From: Synechocystis sp. PCC 6803 substr. PCC-P
Lineage (GTDB): Bacteria > Cyanobacteriota > Cyanobacteriia > Cyanobacteriales > Microcystaceae
Reading direction: 5' to 3'
NCBI RefSeq assembly: GCF_000284455.1
Contig: NC_017039.1
Span: 810,001 to 842,000 of the forward strand
Length of the DNA: 32,000 nucleotides
The notes beneath the pieces were generated by a model. That model was not told the origin of the DNA, made no database searches, and worked only from the letters and a program-made list of their open reading frames with translations. Below, piece after piece: positions 1-8,221 of this stretch. The translations under genes and the position numbers were made by a program. Position 1 is the first letter of the stretch; each line of letters opens with the position of its first letter.

Positions 1-1
1 T

Positions 2-913
2 TTAGCAACAGCGGTGAGTTTTTTAGTAATTCAAAATTTTGTCGGGGTGGGTATGGCTTCCCTATTGGGGCAGGCGTTACCAGTGGGTTTACTCTCCGGG
101 TCCATTTCCCTGAGTGGTGGCCATGGCACGGCGATCGCCTGGTCTCCGGTTTTTTATGATAACCACGGCATCCGTAATGCTTCGGAAATTGCCATAGCCT
201 GTGCCACTTTTGGGCTGGTGTTCGGGGGCATTGTGGGAGGCCCCATCGCCAAATTTTTAATTATCCGCAATAAGTTAGAACCGGATTGTGACACTAAAGA
301 TTTGACCATTGGCATCCGGCGAGATCAGGACAATGTGCAAATTGATTACAACACCATGCTCCACACCATTTTAGTCATTGGCGTTACCATCGGTCTTGGC
401 TATGAAATTAACGATCTGGTTGCTAAGTTGGGGTTAATGTTGCCGGCCTTTGTTTCCTGTTTACTGGCGGGGATCGTGCTCACCAACACCATTCCCCTCG
501 CTTTTAAAAAATTCCCTTGGCCGGCGGAAACCCCTTCCCTCGCCCTGATTTCCGACGTTAGTTTGGGACTATTCCTGGCCATTTCCCTGATGAGCCTGCA
601 ACTCTGGACCTTAGCCGACATTGGCGGAGTGATCGCCCTGATCCTCCTGGTCCAATTCATGGCCACAGTGCTCTACAGCATTGCTGTTGTTTTTCCCCTC
701 ATGGGGCGTGACTACAACGCAGCGGTAGTTTGCTCCGGTTATTCCGGTTTAACCCTGGGGGCCACCCCCACGGCGATCGCCAATATGACCGCAGTGACGG
801 AAAAATTCGGCGCCGCTCCCCAGGCTTTCATCGTTGTACCCTTGGTGGGGGCCTTCTTCATCGACATTGCCAATGCCTTTGTGATCCAGCAATTTCTCAA
901 TTTTCTTGGCTAG
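2..913 (+). CDS. gltS: Sodium/glutamate symporter, C-terminal part (gene starts upstream of the window)
   Basis: Frame is open to the window edge (LATAVSFLVIQNFVGVG...). Many TM segments and GltS-like motifs (SGGHGTAIAWSPVF, VCSGYSGLTLGATPTAIANM). Confidence 0.85.
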   Translation, partial: LATAVSFLVIQNFVGVGMASLLGQALPVGLLSGSISLSGGHGTAIAWSPVFYDNHGIRNASEIAIACATFGLVFGGIVGGPIAKFLIIRNKLEPDCDTKDLTIGIRRDQDNVQIDYNTMLHTILVIGVTIGLGYEINDLVAKLGLMLPAFVSCLLAGIVLTNTIPLAFKKFPWPAETPSLALISDVSLGLFLAISLMSLQLWTLADIGGVIALILLVQFMATVLYSIAVVFPLMGRDYNAAVVCSGYSGLTLGATPTAIANMTAVTEKFGAAPQAFIVVPLVGAFFIDIANAFVIQQFLNFLG

Positions 914-1176
914 ATCTATTGTGAAAAAAAGAGGGATGAGGCGCATTATTAACGGACAGCAACAGCCACCCCAACCCGCAGGCTAGAGTGGACTCAGTTG
1001 CCAAAACATGACATGATTCCGTTGGAGCTGAGCTCCTTGGACAGGAATGGAAGCGAAAACAGACCACTTCTTCCCCCAGTTCAGGTAGAGTTTTTCCCCA
1101 GAACCTAATCTGGAGTCAACTTGCTAAGAGAGACCAGCCCGGACAAAACCAATACTATTGCCTAGAAACCGCTCAG

Positions 1177-1500
1177 TTAACGAGTTCCAGCGCCTACAGG
1201 AGTTTTGGTGCTAGGGGTGGGTAGTTGATACTCCCGCAGACTGGGGAATAGAAAATGATTCTCTTCCACATACTGGGCCCCAAACAGTCCCTTCTCGGCC
1301 CAAAAATATCGATCAGTAGTGTGCTCATTTCGTTTTACAATGAGCAAGGCCGGGGGCTGAATTTCGTTAGCTTGGATGTAGCGACGAGCGGCCGTGACAG
1401 GCTTATCCTCGCCGCTTTCAATATTAAACTGAGGAACAAGCTCCAAAATCTTACGACCTTCTTGACGACGACGACTCTTCCGTTTGCGTTTACGTGCCAA
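1177..1500 (-). CDS. Small conserved cyanobacterial protein of unknown function (DUF3155-like, from memory)
   Basis: 107-aa ORF with very basic N-terminus MARKRKRKSRRRQEGRKILELVPQFNIESGEDKPVTAARRYI. Confidence 0.65.
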   Translation of the reverse strand: MARKRKRKSRRRQEGRKILELVPQFNIESGEDKPVTAARRYIQANEIQPPALLIVKRNEHTTDRYFWAEKGLFGAQYVEENHFLFPSLREYQLPTPSTKTPVGAGTR

Positions 1501-1743
1501 CCCAGTTACCTCCTATTTCAGCTATATGCTGTAATGATAGTTACAAAAGCCGTGCCGATTATATCCGGTCTAATTCTAAATATCAAGCCCCTCAAGCCCT
1601 TGCGGCGCTAAGGGGATCGCTGATTCTAAACACCATTTAGGTAGGGTTTCACCCCCTAAAACTGCCCCCTAGGGCCATAAGTAGACCAATTCAAATCTTA
1701 ATATTTCTTAACATTTCTGGGGTCTAGCCCCACCACAAGCCCC

Positions 1744-3048
1744 ATGGCCGGTTCCATCTCATCAATGTATTCCCCCAGTGCTGGGTTAATTTCCCTTTGT
1801 CAGTCACAGGTTCGGCTTTTGCAACAGGGATTGCGGGTGGACTGGTGCGGCGTTTATCTAAATCAAGAAGAAACGGAACAGGGATTGGTGCCGCTGGTGG
1901 TTTCCCATGGTTCAACGCTGGTTGAGTCAGAAAGTTATGGGTTAATAAGTCTACCACAAGGAGAGGTGTCTCCCCCGATGGACGATTTTTCTTTGCCGGC
2001 AGTTCCCGTGGGGGTAGGCCAGTTAAGTCGTCGTAGTCGTTTGGAACCTCCTCCCTTCGATGCAGATAAGCGCTTGGTTTTACCTTTGGTTTATGGGGAG
2101 GAAATGGTGGGGCTGTTGGTAATTCACCGCAGTCAGGGCCAGTGGCATGGGGAGGAAATGATGCAGTTGGAGGCGATCGCCAAATCCTTAGCGGTGGCCT
2201 GCCTATTGGACCAACAACAGGATTGGTATCGCCAGGCTTGGGAGGAACAAAATCAACAATACCAGTGGGAGCGACAACATTGGGCTGACCTCTTGCACCA
2301 ACTCCGCAATCCCCTCACTGCCCTAAAAACTTTTAGTAAGCTACTGCTCAAACGTTGGCACGGGGACAACAAAAGTCAACAGGTGGTGGAAGGCATTGTC
2401 CGCCAAGGGGAACACCTCCAGGAATTGTTACAAAGCTTTGAAGCAAGTCAATCCCAAGGCCCCGAAGCCGTGCCCCTGTTGTCAAGTTCCCCAGTGACCA
2501 CAATTCAGGTTTTGCCCCCGGCGGACCGGGTGGAAACTATGCCTCTGGCCAATTTTTCCCTAGGGGAGGTTTTGCCTCCCATTTTGCTGGCCCATCAGGC
2601 GATCGCCGCCGAGAGAAATATCACTTTAACAGCCCAAATTGCTTTGATTGATACCGTGGTGATGGCTAACCGTTTAGCTTTGCGGGAAGTGGTTAATAAT
2701 CTTTTGGACAATGGGATTAAATACACTCCCAATGGTGGCCTCGTAGAAGTTAGTCTTGCCTTAGAAAAAGTGTCATCTTCCGGAATGGATTGGGCCACAT
2801 TGGCGATCGCCGACACGGGTTATGGCATTCCCCCGGAGGATCAACAGAAAATTTTTGAGCGTAATTATCGTGGTGTTCAGGGCCGAGGCTCCATTAATGG
2901 CACTGGTTTGGGTTTGGCGATCGTGGCGGATTTGGTAGCCCAGATGGGGGGCAAAATCACCGTCACTAGCCCCAACGGTTTATCTCGCGACCCAGACCAA
3001 CCAGGCTCAACTTTTACCCTCTGGTTACGCTCTGGAGAACAAGTGTAA
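1744..3048 (+). CDS. hik2: Sensor histidine kinase, Hik2 / chloroplast sensor kinase (CSK) type, GAF-DHp-CA
   Basis: H-box LLHQLRNPLTALKTFSKLLLKRW, N-box EVVNNLLDNGIKYTP, G1 ADTGYGIPPEDQQKIFERNY, G2 GTGLGLAIVADLVAQMGG; short N-terminal GAF-like region with Cys19. Confidence 0.85.
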   Translation: MAGSISSMYSPSAGLISLCQSQVRLLQQGLRVDWCGVYLNQEETEQGLVPLVVSHGSTLVESESYGLISLPQGEVSPPMDDFSLPAVPVGVGQLSRRSRLEPPPFDADKRLVLPLVYGEEMVGLLVIHRSQGQWHGEEMMQLEAIAKSLAVACLLDQQQDWYRQAWEEQNQQYQWERQHWADLLHQLRNPLTALKTFSKLLLKRWHGDNKSQQVVEGIVRQGEHLQELLQSFEASQSQGPEAVPLLSSSPVTTIQVLPPADRVETMPLANFSLGEVLPPILLAHQAIAAERNITLTAQIALIDTVVMANRLALREVVNNLLDNGIKYTPNGGLVEVSLALEKVSSSGMDWATLAIADTGYGIPPEDQQKIFERNYRGVQGRGSINGTGLGLAIVADLVAQMGGKITVTSPNGLSRDPDQPGSTFTLWLRSGEQV

Positions 3049-3102
3049 TCAGGATTAACAGTTAAATTGGCCCAAAGATTTCCGAGAGTTTCAGATAGAT
3101 AA

Positions 3103-3237
3103 CGATATGGCGGTGATGGTTATTTCACAAGTACGGTGGGCAAACATGGGGATGAAAATACGGTCACCAAATATGTGCAAAAACAAGGAAAGGACTATTT
3201 GCGGCTACATCAAAACTTTCAACTAAGTCTCTTCTAA
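3103..3237 (+). pseudogene. Remnant of the C-terminus of an IS200-like (Y1/HUH) transposase
   Basis: Open frame with no plausible start, reading RYGGDGYFTSTVGKHGDENTVTKYVQKQGKDYLRLHQNFQLSLF*. This resembles the GYFxSTVG...YVxxQG...QLxLF tails of Y1 transposases. In-frame stop immediately upstream at 3100-3102. Confidence 0.6.
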
Positions 3238-3282
3238 ATTCTTTCGATACCCCGATGCTTGCGGCGGGGTTATTCATTCCCG

Positions 3283-3849
3283 ATGCGAATCCCTTACGAA
3301 AAAGCAATTGAGAATCTTGACCTGCTGGCCAATCTGCGTATATTCGATCCAATCGTGATCGGAACGCCGCCGCTTGGAATTGATGTGTCCAACAGCGATA
3401 TCGACATTGCTTGTTATTGTGACGATCTTGACCGATTCGCAGGATTCGCAACGCGTCAGTTTGAATCTCAAGATGGCTTTCAAATTCGACACGGAACTTT
3501 TCAAAATCATGAATCCATCATTGTTCAGTTCAATGCGTTTGAATGGGACGTTGAGATTTTCTGCCAGCCAATTCCGACAAACAAACAGTGGGGCGTACGG
3601 CATTTTCGGGTTGAACAGCGGTTGCTGGCTTTGTCTCCTAGTCTAAAATCAACCGTGACGGAATTGAAACGTTCTGGCTTGAAAACCGAACCTGCGTTCG
3701 CCAAAGCTCTTGGATTGGCTGGTGAGCCTTACGTGGCAATCCTTGGGCTCGAGCAAACCGACGACCGTGAATTGTTGGCATTAACTGCTACTTGCAAGTC
3801 TCTCGCCGCCTCCACAACTTCACCGTTGGGCGATCGCCTTAAACCCTAG
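3283..3849 (+). CDS. DUF4269-like protein with nucleotidyltransferase-type motif
   Basis: MRIPYEKAIENLDLLANLRIFDPIVIGTPPLGIDVSNSDIDIACYCDD... and GLKTEPAFAKALGLAGEPYVAILGLE, matching the DUF4269 pattern from memory. ORF track start is 3259; the ATG at 3283 is more likely. Confidence 0.7.
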   Translation: MRIPYEKAIENLDLLANLRIFDPIVIGTPPLGIDVSNSDIDIACYCDDLDRFAGFATRQFESQDGFQIRHGTFQNHESIIVQFNAFEWDVEIFCQPIPTNKQWGVRHFRVEQRLLALSPSLKSTVTELKRSGLKTEPAFAKALGLAGEPYVAILGLEQTDDRELLALTATCKSLAASTTSPLGDRLKP

Positions 3850-4053
3850 GGGGATAGATGGGTTAGATTTGTGAAAGTAGAATGGCCTTTTGCCTTGCTC
3901 AACCATTGCCTAAGTCCTGGCGAGCTGGGAAATGGTCGCTTGCTTTTAAGACTTATGTAACCTTGTTAGACCAAAGGTAAATCGGGTTTCCCGTTACGAA
4001 ATCTCTCCATTTGAACATATTAGTCAGTTTCCCTGTCAATCATTTCTTTCTCC

Positions 4054-5859
4054 ATGACCCCGTCCCCTGCTGCTCCCCCGTCTGATAATGATTGGCGCTT
4101 GTTATTGCGTCTGCTTCCTTACGTCAAGCGCTATCCCAAGGAACTGGCGGCGGCGTTAGTTTTACTGATTCCTGTGGCTTTTTCTGGAGCAGTGCAACCC
4201 CTAATCATTGGGCAAGCAGTTTCCCTGTTGCGGGAGGAACCAGCCTGGGGCTTTTTGGATGCCATGCCATTGGATAGGGCCTTACATACCCTAGTGATTA
4301 TCTTGGCAGTCACCATTGTCATTCGGTTGCTATTTTTGGGGTTACAGGGCTTTATTGTGCAAAAAATGGGGCAGGAAATTACCGCCGATGTGCGTCAGGA
4401 TTTATTTGAACATGTCACTTCTTTGTCGGTAAACTTCTTTCACCGTACCCCTGTGGGCCGTTTGGTAACCCGTATCACCAGTGACGTGGAGGCATTAGGG
4501 GAAGTATTTGCCAGTGGGGCGATCGGTGTGGTCAGTGACATTGTCTCCATTCTGGCTATCATCGTGACTATTTTTTGGGTGCAATGGCAGTTGGCCCTGC
4601 TACTGGTGGGGATGTTGGTGCCGGTGACTGTGTTGATTATTTATTTCCAGCAACAATATCGCAAAGCTAACTACCAAGCTCGGGAAGAGTTATCCCGCCT
4701 TAATTCCCAGCTTCAGGAAAATGTGGCCGGTATCAATGTGGTGCAATTATTCCGTCGGGAAGAGTTAAACAGTCGTTCCTTTCGTCGCGTGAATGAAAAA
4801 TATCGTCGGGCAGTGGATAAAACTATTTTCCATGACTCTGCTGTGTCGGCCACCTTGGAATGGATCAGTTTAGTGGCGATCGCCGGGGTGCTGGGTTTGG
4901 GGGGCTGGCTAATTTTGCGGGATAATCTGGAATTTGGGGTGTTGGCGGCGTTTATTCTGTACGGACAACGGCTATTTAATCCCCTGCGACAGTTTGCGGA
5001 TAAATTCACCATGTTTCAATCGGGCTTTACGGCGATCGAGCGCATTGGGGAATTAATGGAAGAACCGGTAGAAATCAAAGATCAAGCGGTGATTACCCCC
5101 ATTGAAATCAATGGTGCTTTGCGGGGTAGCCATGGGGAAATTTGCTTTGAAAATGTTTGGTTTGGCTATAAACCAGACGAGTACGTGCTGAAAAATTTAA
5201 ACTTCACCATCAAACCCGGGGAAAAAGTCGCCCTAGTGGGGCCAACGGGGGCAGGAAAAAGTTCGATTATTCGTCTACTGTGTCGCCTGCACGATCCCTC
5301 CCGGGGTCGCATTTTAGTCGATGGCATTGATATTCGAGAACTGTCCCAACAGCAACTGCGCCGTTTTATTGGCGTCATTCTCCAAGATAGTTTCCTCTTT
5401 GCCGGGGACGTGAAACGGAACATTACCCTAGGGGAAGAATACAGCCTGGAAGAAGTGCAACGGGCAGCCCAATTAACCAGCGTCGATCGCCTGATTGAAG
5501 AATTACCCCAGGGTTACCACACCCAATTACGGGAACGGGGTAGTAATTTGTCAGGGGGACAAAAACAGTTACTAGCCTTTGCTCGGGTGGCCATTCGGGA
5601 ACCCTATGTATTGGTGATGGATGAAGCCACTGCTAGCCTAGATGTCCGCACTGAAGCGGATATTCAAGCGGCTTTGTTACATTTGCTCCAGGATCGTACT
5701 TCCATCATCATTGCCCATCGCTTATCGACCATTCGCAATGTAGACCGCATTTTCGTGCTCAAACACGGGGAAATTGTGGAAACTGGCAACCATGACCAAC
5801 TATTAGACCTCAAGGGGCTTTACGCTAGTTTGTACCAGTTACAAATGCTGGGGGGCTAA
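4054..5859 (+). CDS. ABC exporter, fused permease/ATPase (MsbA-like)
   Basis: ABC TM domain followed by Walker A GPTGAGKSS, signature LSGGQKQ, Walker B YVLVMDEAT and H-loop IIIAHRL. Confidence 0.93.
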   Translation: MTPSPAAPPSDNDWRLLLRLLPYVKRYPKELAAALVLLIPVAFSGAVQPLIIGQAVSLLREEPAWGFLDAMPLDRALHTLVIILAVTIVIRLLFLGLQGFIVQKMGQEITADVRQDLFEHVTSLSVNFFHRTPVGRLVTRITSDVEALGEVFASGAIGVVSDIVSILAIIVTIFWVQWQLALLLVGMLVPVTVLIIYFQQQYRKANYQAREELSRLNSQLQENVAGINVVQLFRREELNSRSFRRVNEKYRRAVDKTIFHDSAVSATLEWISLVAIAGVLGLGGWLILRDNLEFGVLAAFILYGQRLFNPLRQFADKFTMFQSGFTAIERIGELMEEPVEIKDQAVITPIEINGALRGSHGEICFENVWFGYKPDEYVLKNLNFTIKPGEKVALVGPTGAGKSSIIRLLCRLHDPSRGRILVDGIDIRELSQQQLRRFIGVILQDSFLFAGDVKRNITLGEEYSLEEVQRAAQLTSVDRLIEELPQGYHTQLRERGSNLSGGQKQLLAFARVAIREPYVLVMDEATASLDVRTEADIQAALLHLLQDRTSIIIAHRLSTIRNVDRIFVLKHGEIVETGNHDQLLDLKGLYASLYQLQMLGG

Positions 5860-5957
5860 TTATCCTACCGGGAATCTCCCTGGTATCATCATTGGTACAT
5901 CACTAACTTTGCTGACAGATTTTCTGATAAATTCAGCGCAATTGTCTAATCATTGTC

Positions 5958-6470
5958 ATGGATATGAAATTTTTCATCCTTTGCCGACCATTAATTTCAT
6001 TTGGCCTGGTCAGTACGATTTCCCTGGCTCTGCCTGCTACGGCCCAAGGCGACCAAAATTCTGGCAATCAGTGGGACGGGCAAATTGATCTGCCCGATCG
6101 CCAAATGTTTGCCGTTGTCCCTTTTACAGAACTTCCCCAACGGACATTTTGGCAATGGTCTAATCTCAATACACTTACTAGTCCAAATCAACTCATCCAA
6201 CAGTTCTACGGCCAACCTTTGTTGCCCCAGCAGTTAGGGGAAGGGAATTTCGGTTGTTTCCGCTCCAAGAGTGCGACGGCCACTGTGGTTGGCGATAATT
6301 CCGTCGCTGTTTTGCTCACCCAAATGGGTAGTTGTGATGATTCCGTTAGTGGGCACCAAACCAGGGTAGATTTTATCCCCATTGGCGATCGATGGCAGGT
6401 GAATTGGGTCGGGGAAAGGAGCCATTGTCGGGCGCGTTTCTGGGCGGAACCAGGGCAACTCTGTCCATAG
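5958..6470 (+). CDS. Hypothetical secreted/periplasmic protein
   Basis: 170-aa ORF with signal-peptide-like N-terminus (PLISFGLVSTISLALPATAQG) and three cysteines in the mature region plus one near the C-terminus. Confidence 0.6.
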   Translation: MDMKFFILCRPLISFGLVSTISLALPATAQGDQNSGNQWDGQIDLPDRQMFAVVPFTELPQRTFWQWSNLNTLTSPNQLIQQFYGQPLLPQQLGEGNFGCFRSKSATATVVGDNSVAVLLTQMGSCDDSVSGHQTRVDFIPIGDRWQVNWVGERSHCRARFWAEPGQLCP

Positions 6471-6552
6471 CTTTTTTCTGCTTAAAAGAGGGTAAGTGCC
6501 GCTGAATATTACTATGAAATTCCTTTTGGTTGCCCAAATTTTGCTGTTTGGA

Positions 6553-7224
6553 CTAACGGGAGAAGCTGTTAAGGGTAGTAATCACATCGGCCATATTGTT
6601 GGCCAACATAGCAGGGGTATTGAGCACTAAGCCTGGAAATTCTTGACTGGCCATCAATCCATTGTCGTCGGGACTCAGGCGTTCATATTTTCCATTCACT
6701 AGCACAAACCAATCAATTTCCCGGTCGATGGTGCGCCAAACAATGTACTCTTTCACCCCATGGTTTTCGTAAACTCGTTTTTTGCTATGGAGGTCGTAGG
6801 AAGCAGTGCTGGCGGCAATCTCCACCACTAACTCCGGGGCACCGCTGATGTAGTCATCTTCATCTATCTGGGCATTCCCCCCTAAGCGAAAAAGAATAGC
6901 ATCAGGTTGAAGTTCGTTTTCATCGTCTAACCGCACAGTGGCCTCAATACTAACCGCTAGTCCAGTTCTTTGGGCTTGGTAAGTTATTAGCCAACCAATG
7001 ATTTGACTATGGGGTTGACCATGGTAAGTGTGACGGAGGGGAGAAGCCACGTGGACGATTCCTTCAATTAGCTCAGCTTTTTTGATTCGAGATTCAGCAT
7101 AAATTCGCTCAAACTCTTGACGATTGAGGTGATCGCCATTTTCAAGAATGGCAACTCGGGTGGGAGAATTGGTGGTGACCATGGGGGAATGCGCCATAAT
7201 TTCCGTTTTTTCCATCATAGTCAC
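6553..7224 (-). CDS. Uma2-family (DUF820) putative restriction-endonuclease-fold protein
   Basis: AELIEGIVHV, LQPDAILF, PELVVEIAASTASYDLHSKKRVYENHGVKEYIVW are typical Uma2/DUF820 motifs. The start could be one of several in-frame Met. Confidence 0.8.
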   Translation of the reverse strand: MTMMEKTEIMAHSPMVTTNSPTRVAILENGDHLNRQEFERIYAESRIKKAELIEGIVHVASPLRHTYHGQPHSQIIGWLITYQAQRTGLAVSIEATVRLDDENELQPDAILFRLGGNAQIDEDDYISGAPELVVEIAASTASYDLHSKKRVYENHGVKEYIVWRTIDREIDWFVLVNGKYERLSPDDNGLMASQEFPGLVLNTPAMLANNMADVITTLNSFSR

Positions 7225-7237
7225 CCTGGTTGAATGC

Positions 7238-8065
7238 TTAAGTTTGGGGATTGTTATTGATCTGGCTAAACATGGGAGAAAGGTACGCTACCAGGGCACC
7301 CAGGCTAAAGCCCATTAAATTGCGGAACAGAGGCAAAAAATCACTGGTGCGGGTGACAACGGGGCCAATACCAAAGGCAATGACCAGAATTCCCCACAGA
7401 GGCGACATAATCAACACCCATTGCCACGCAAAGGTCTGATTCGGCGATCGGGGAATGGCCGCAAAGCCAAAAATCAATCCCCCCACAATGGAAGTTACCA
7501 AGGTTAAAATCCACTGTTCCCTGGGCAGTCCAGGCACCACATTACAACCACCTTTGAGCAAACAACCTTTAACTGTTTCCAGCGCTTCGGTGATAGCTAG
7601 ATTTTCGCCATTATCTCGAATGTAGTACATATTGCCGAAACGAGCCTGCATCTCAATCCAAAAGGTGCGGGGCATCAACTCATACACTTCATCCCCGATA
7701 CTAAAGGCTAATAAATTTCCCCCCCTTGCATCAGCCACCAATAAAATACTTTTGTCGTCTAGGCCCCAAAAAGGAATCACCGCCCGCCCTGGACTCCGGT
7801 CGTACTGGGTTAACACCCGCAATTTCCATCCCGTTTCTACTTCAAAACTATTTAGATCGTCGATTAACTGAGCTTCTTGGATTTCCGGTAAAAAGTTGGC
7901 GAGATCCACCACGGGAGTTTTTTCCTTCGGCAACAACTCAGGATTATTCACCGCCTGGGCCGGGCTCGCCGGGCCCCACCACAGCATTAAAGATAAACTA
8001 GCGGCCAAAAGCCAGACAAAATTTTTGCTGAAACGGGTAGCAGAGGACGGCAAATGGACAGCCAT
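7238..8065 (-). CDS. TPM-domain (TLP18.3/Psb32-like) protein with C-terminal membrane segments
   Basis: Signal-like N-terminus, VVDLANFLPEIQEAQLIDDLNSFEVETGWKLRVLTQ...DKSILLVADARGGNLLAFSIGD, then two or more hydrophobic C-terminal segments. Confidence 0.7.
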   Translation of the reverse strand: MAVHLPSSATRFSKNFVWLLAASLSLMLWWGPASPAQAVNNPELLPKEKTPVVDLANFLPEIQEAQLIDDLNSFEVETGWKLRVLTQYDRSPGRAVIPFWGLDDKSILLVADARGGNLLAFSIGDEVYELMPRTFWIEMQARFGNMYYIRDNGENLAITEALETVKGCLLKGGCNVVPGLPREQWILTLVTSIVGGLIFGFAAIPRSPNQTFAWQWVLIMSPLWGILVIAFGIGPVVTRTSDFLPLFRNLMGFSLGALVAYLSPMFSQINNNPQT

Positions 8066-8156
8066 AGAGTTTTTCTTTAAGTTTCTTCACAGTTGTTTAC
8101 CTTATTTTAAGGTATTGCCTCCGTTAAATTTTCATACCGGCTGATCTTTTCTGGAC

Positions 8157-8188
8157 AAAAAAAAGCCCCCTAACAATCAGGAGAGGGG
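8157..8188 (-). terminator. Rho-independent terminator downstream of transketolase
   Basis: Minus strand CCCCT ... AGGGGGC followed by TTTTTTTT (stem arms 8184-8188/8167-8171, T-run 8157-8164). Confidence 0.6.
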
Positions 8189-8221
8189 ACAGTGAGGAGT
8201 TTTAAGCTTGGGGGCGAGGGA

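Noticed and set aside
914-1176. Possible RNase P RNA, 6S RNA, tmRNA or SRP RNA in the gltS downstream gap
   Set aside because: No diagnostic core motif such as GAGGAAAGTCCGGGC or a tRNA-like end was found; left as an unassigned structured region.
1255-1611. 118-aa plus-strand ORF
   Set aside because: Mostly antisense to the DUF3155-like gene; the latter has much more credible start and composition.
3164-3603. Minus-strand ORFs of 95 and 109 aa
   Set aside because: Antisense to the DUF4269-like gene, whose translation shows clear family motifs.
3049-5859. Transposase relic + DUF4269-like gene + ABC exporter as a novel defence or toxin-export system
   Set aside because: No additional effector/immunity genes, the exporter looks like a generic MsbA-type transporter with a separate 5' gap of about 200 bp, and co-localisation alone is not evidence.
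5872-5895. TACCGGGAATCTCCCTGGTA imperfect hairpin after the ABC exporter
   Set aside because: Stem requires a bulge and no T-run follows, so I did not call it as a terminator.
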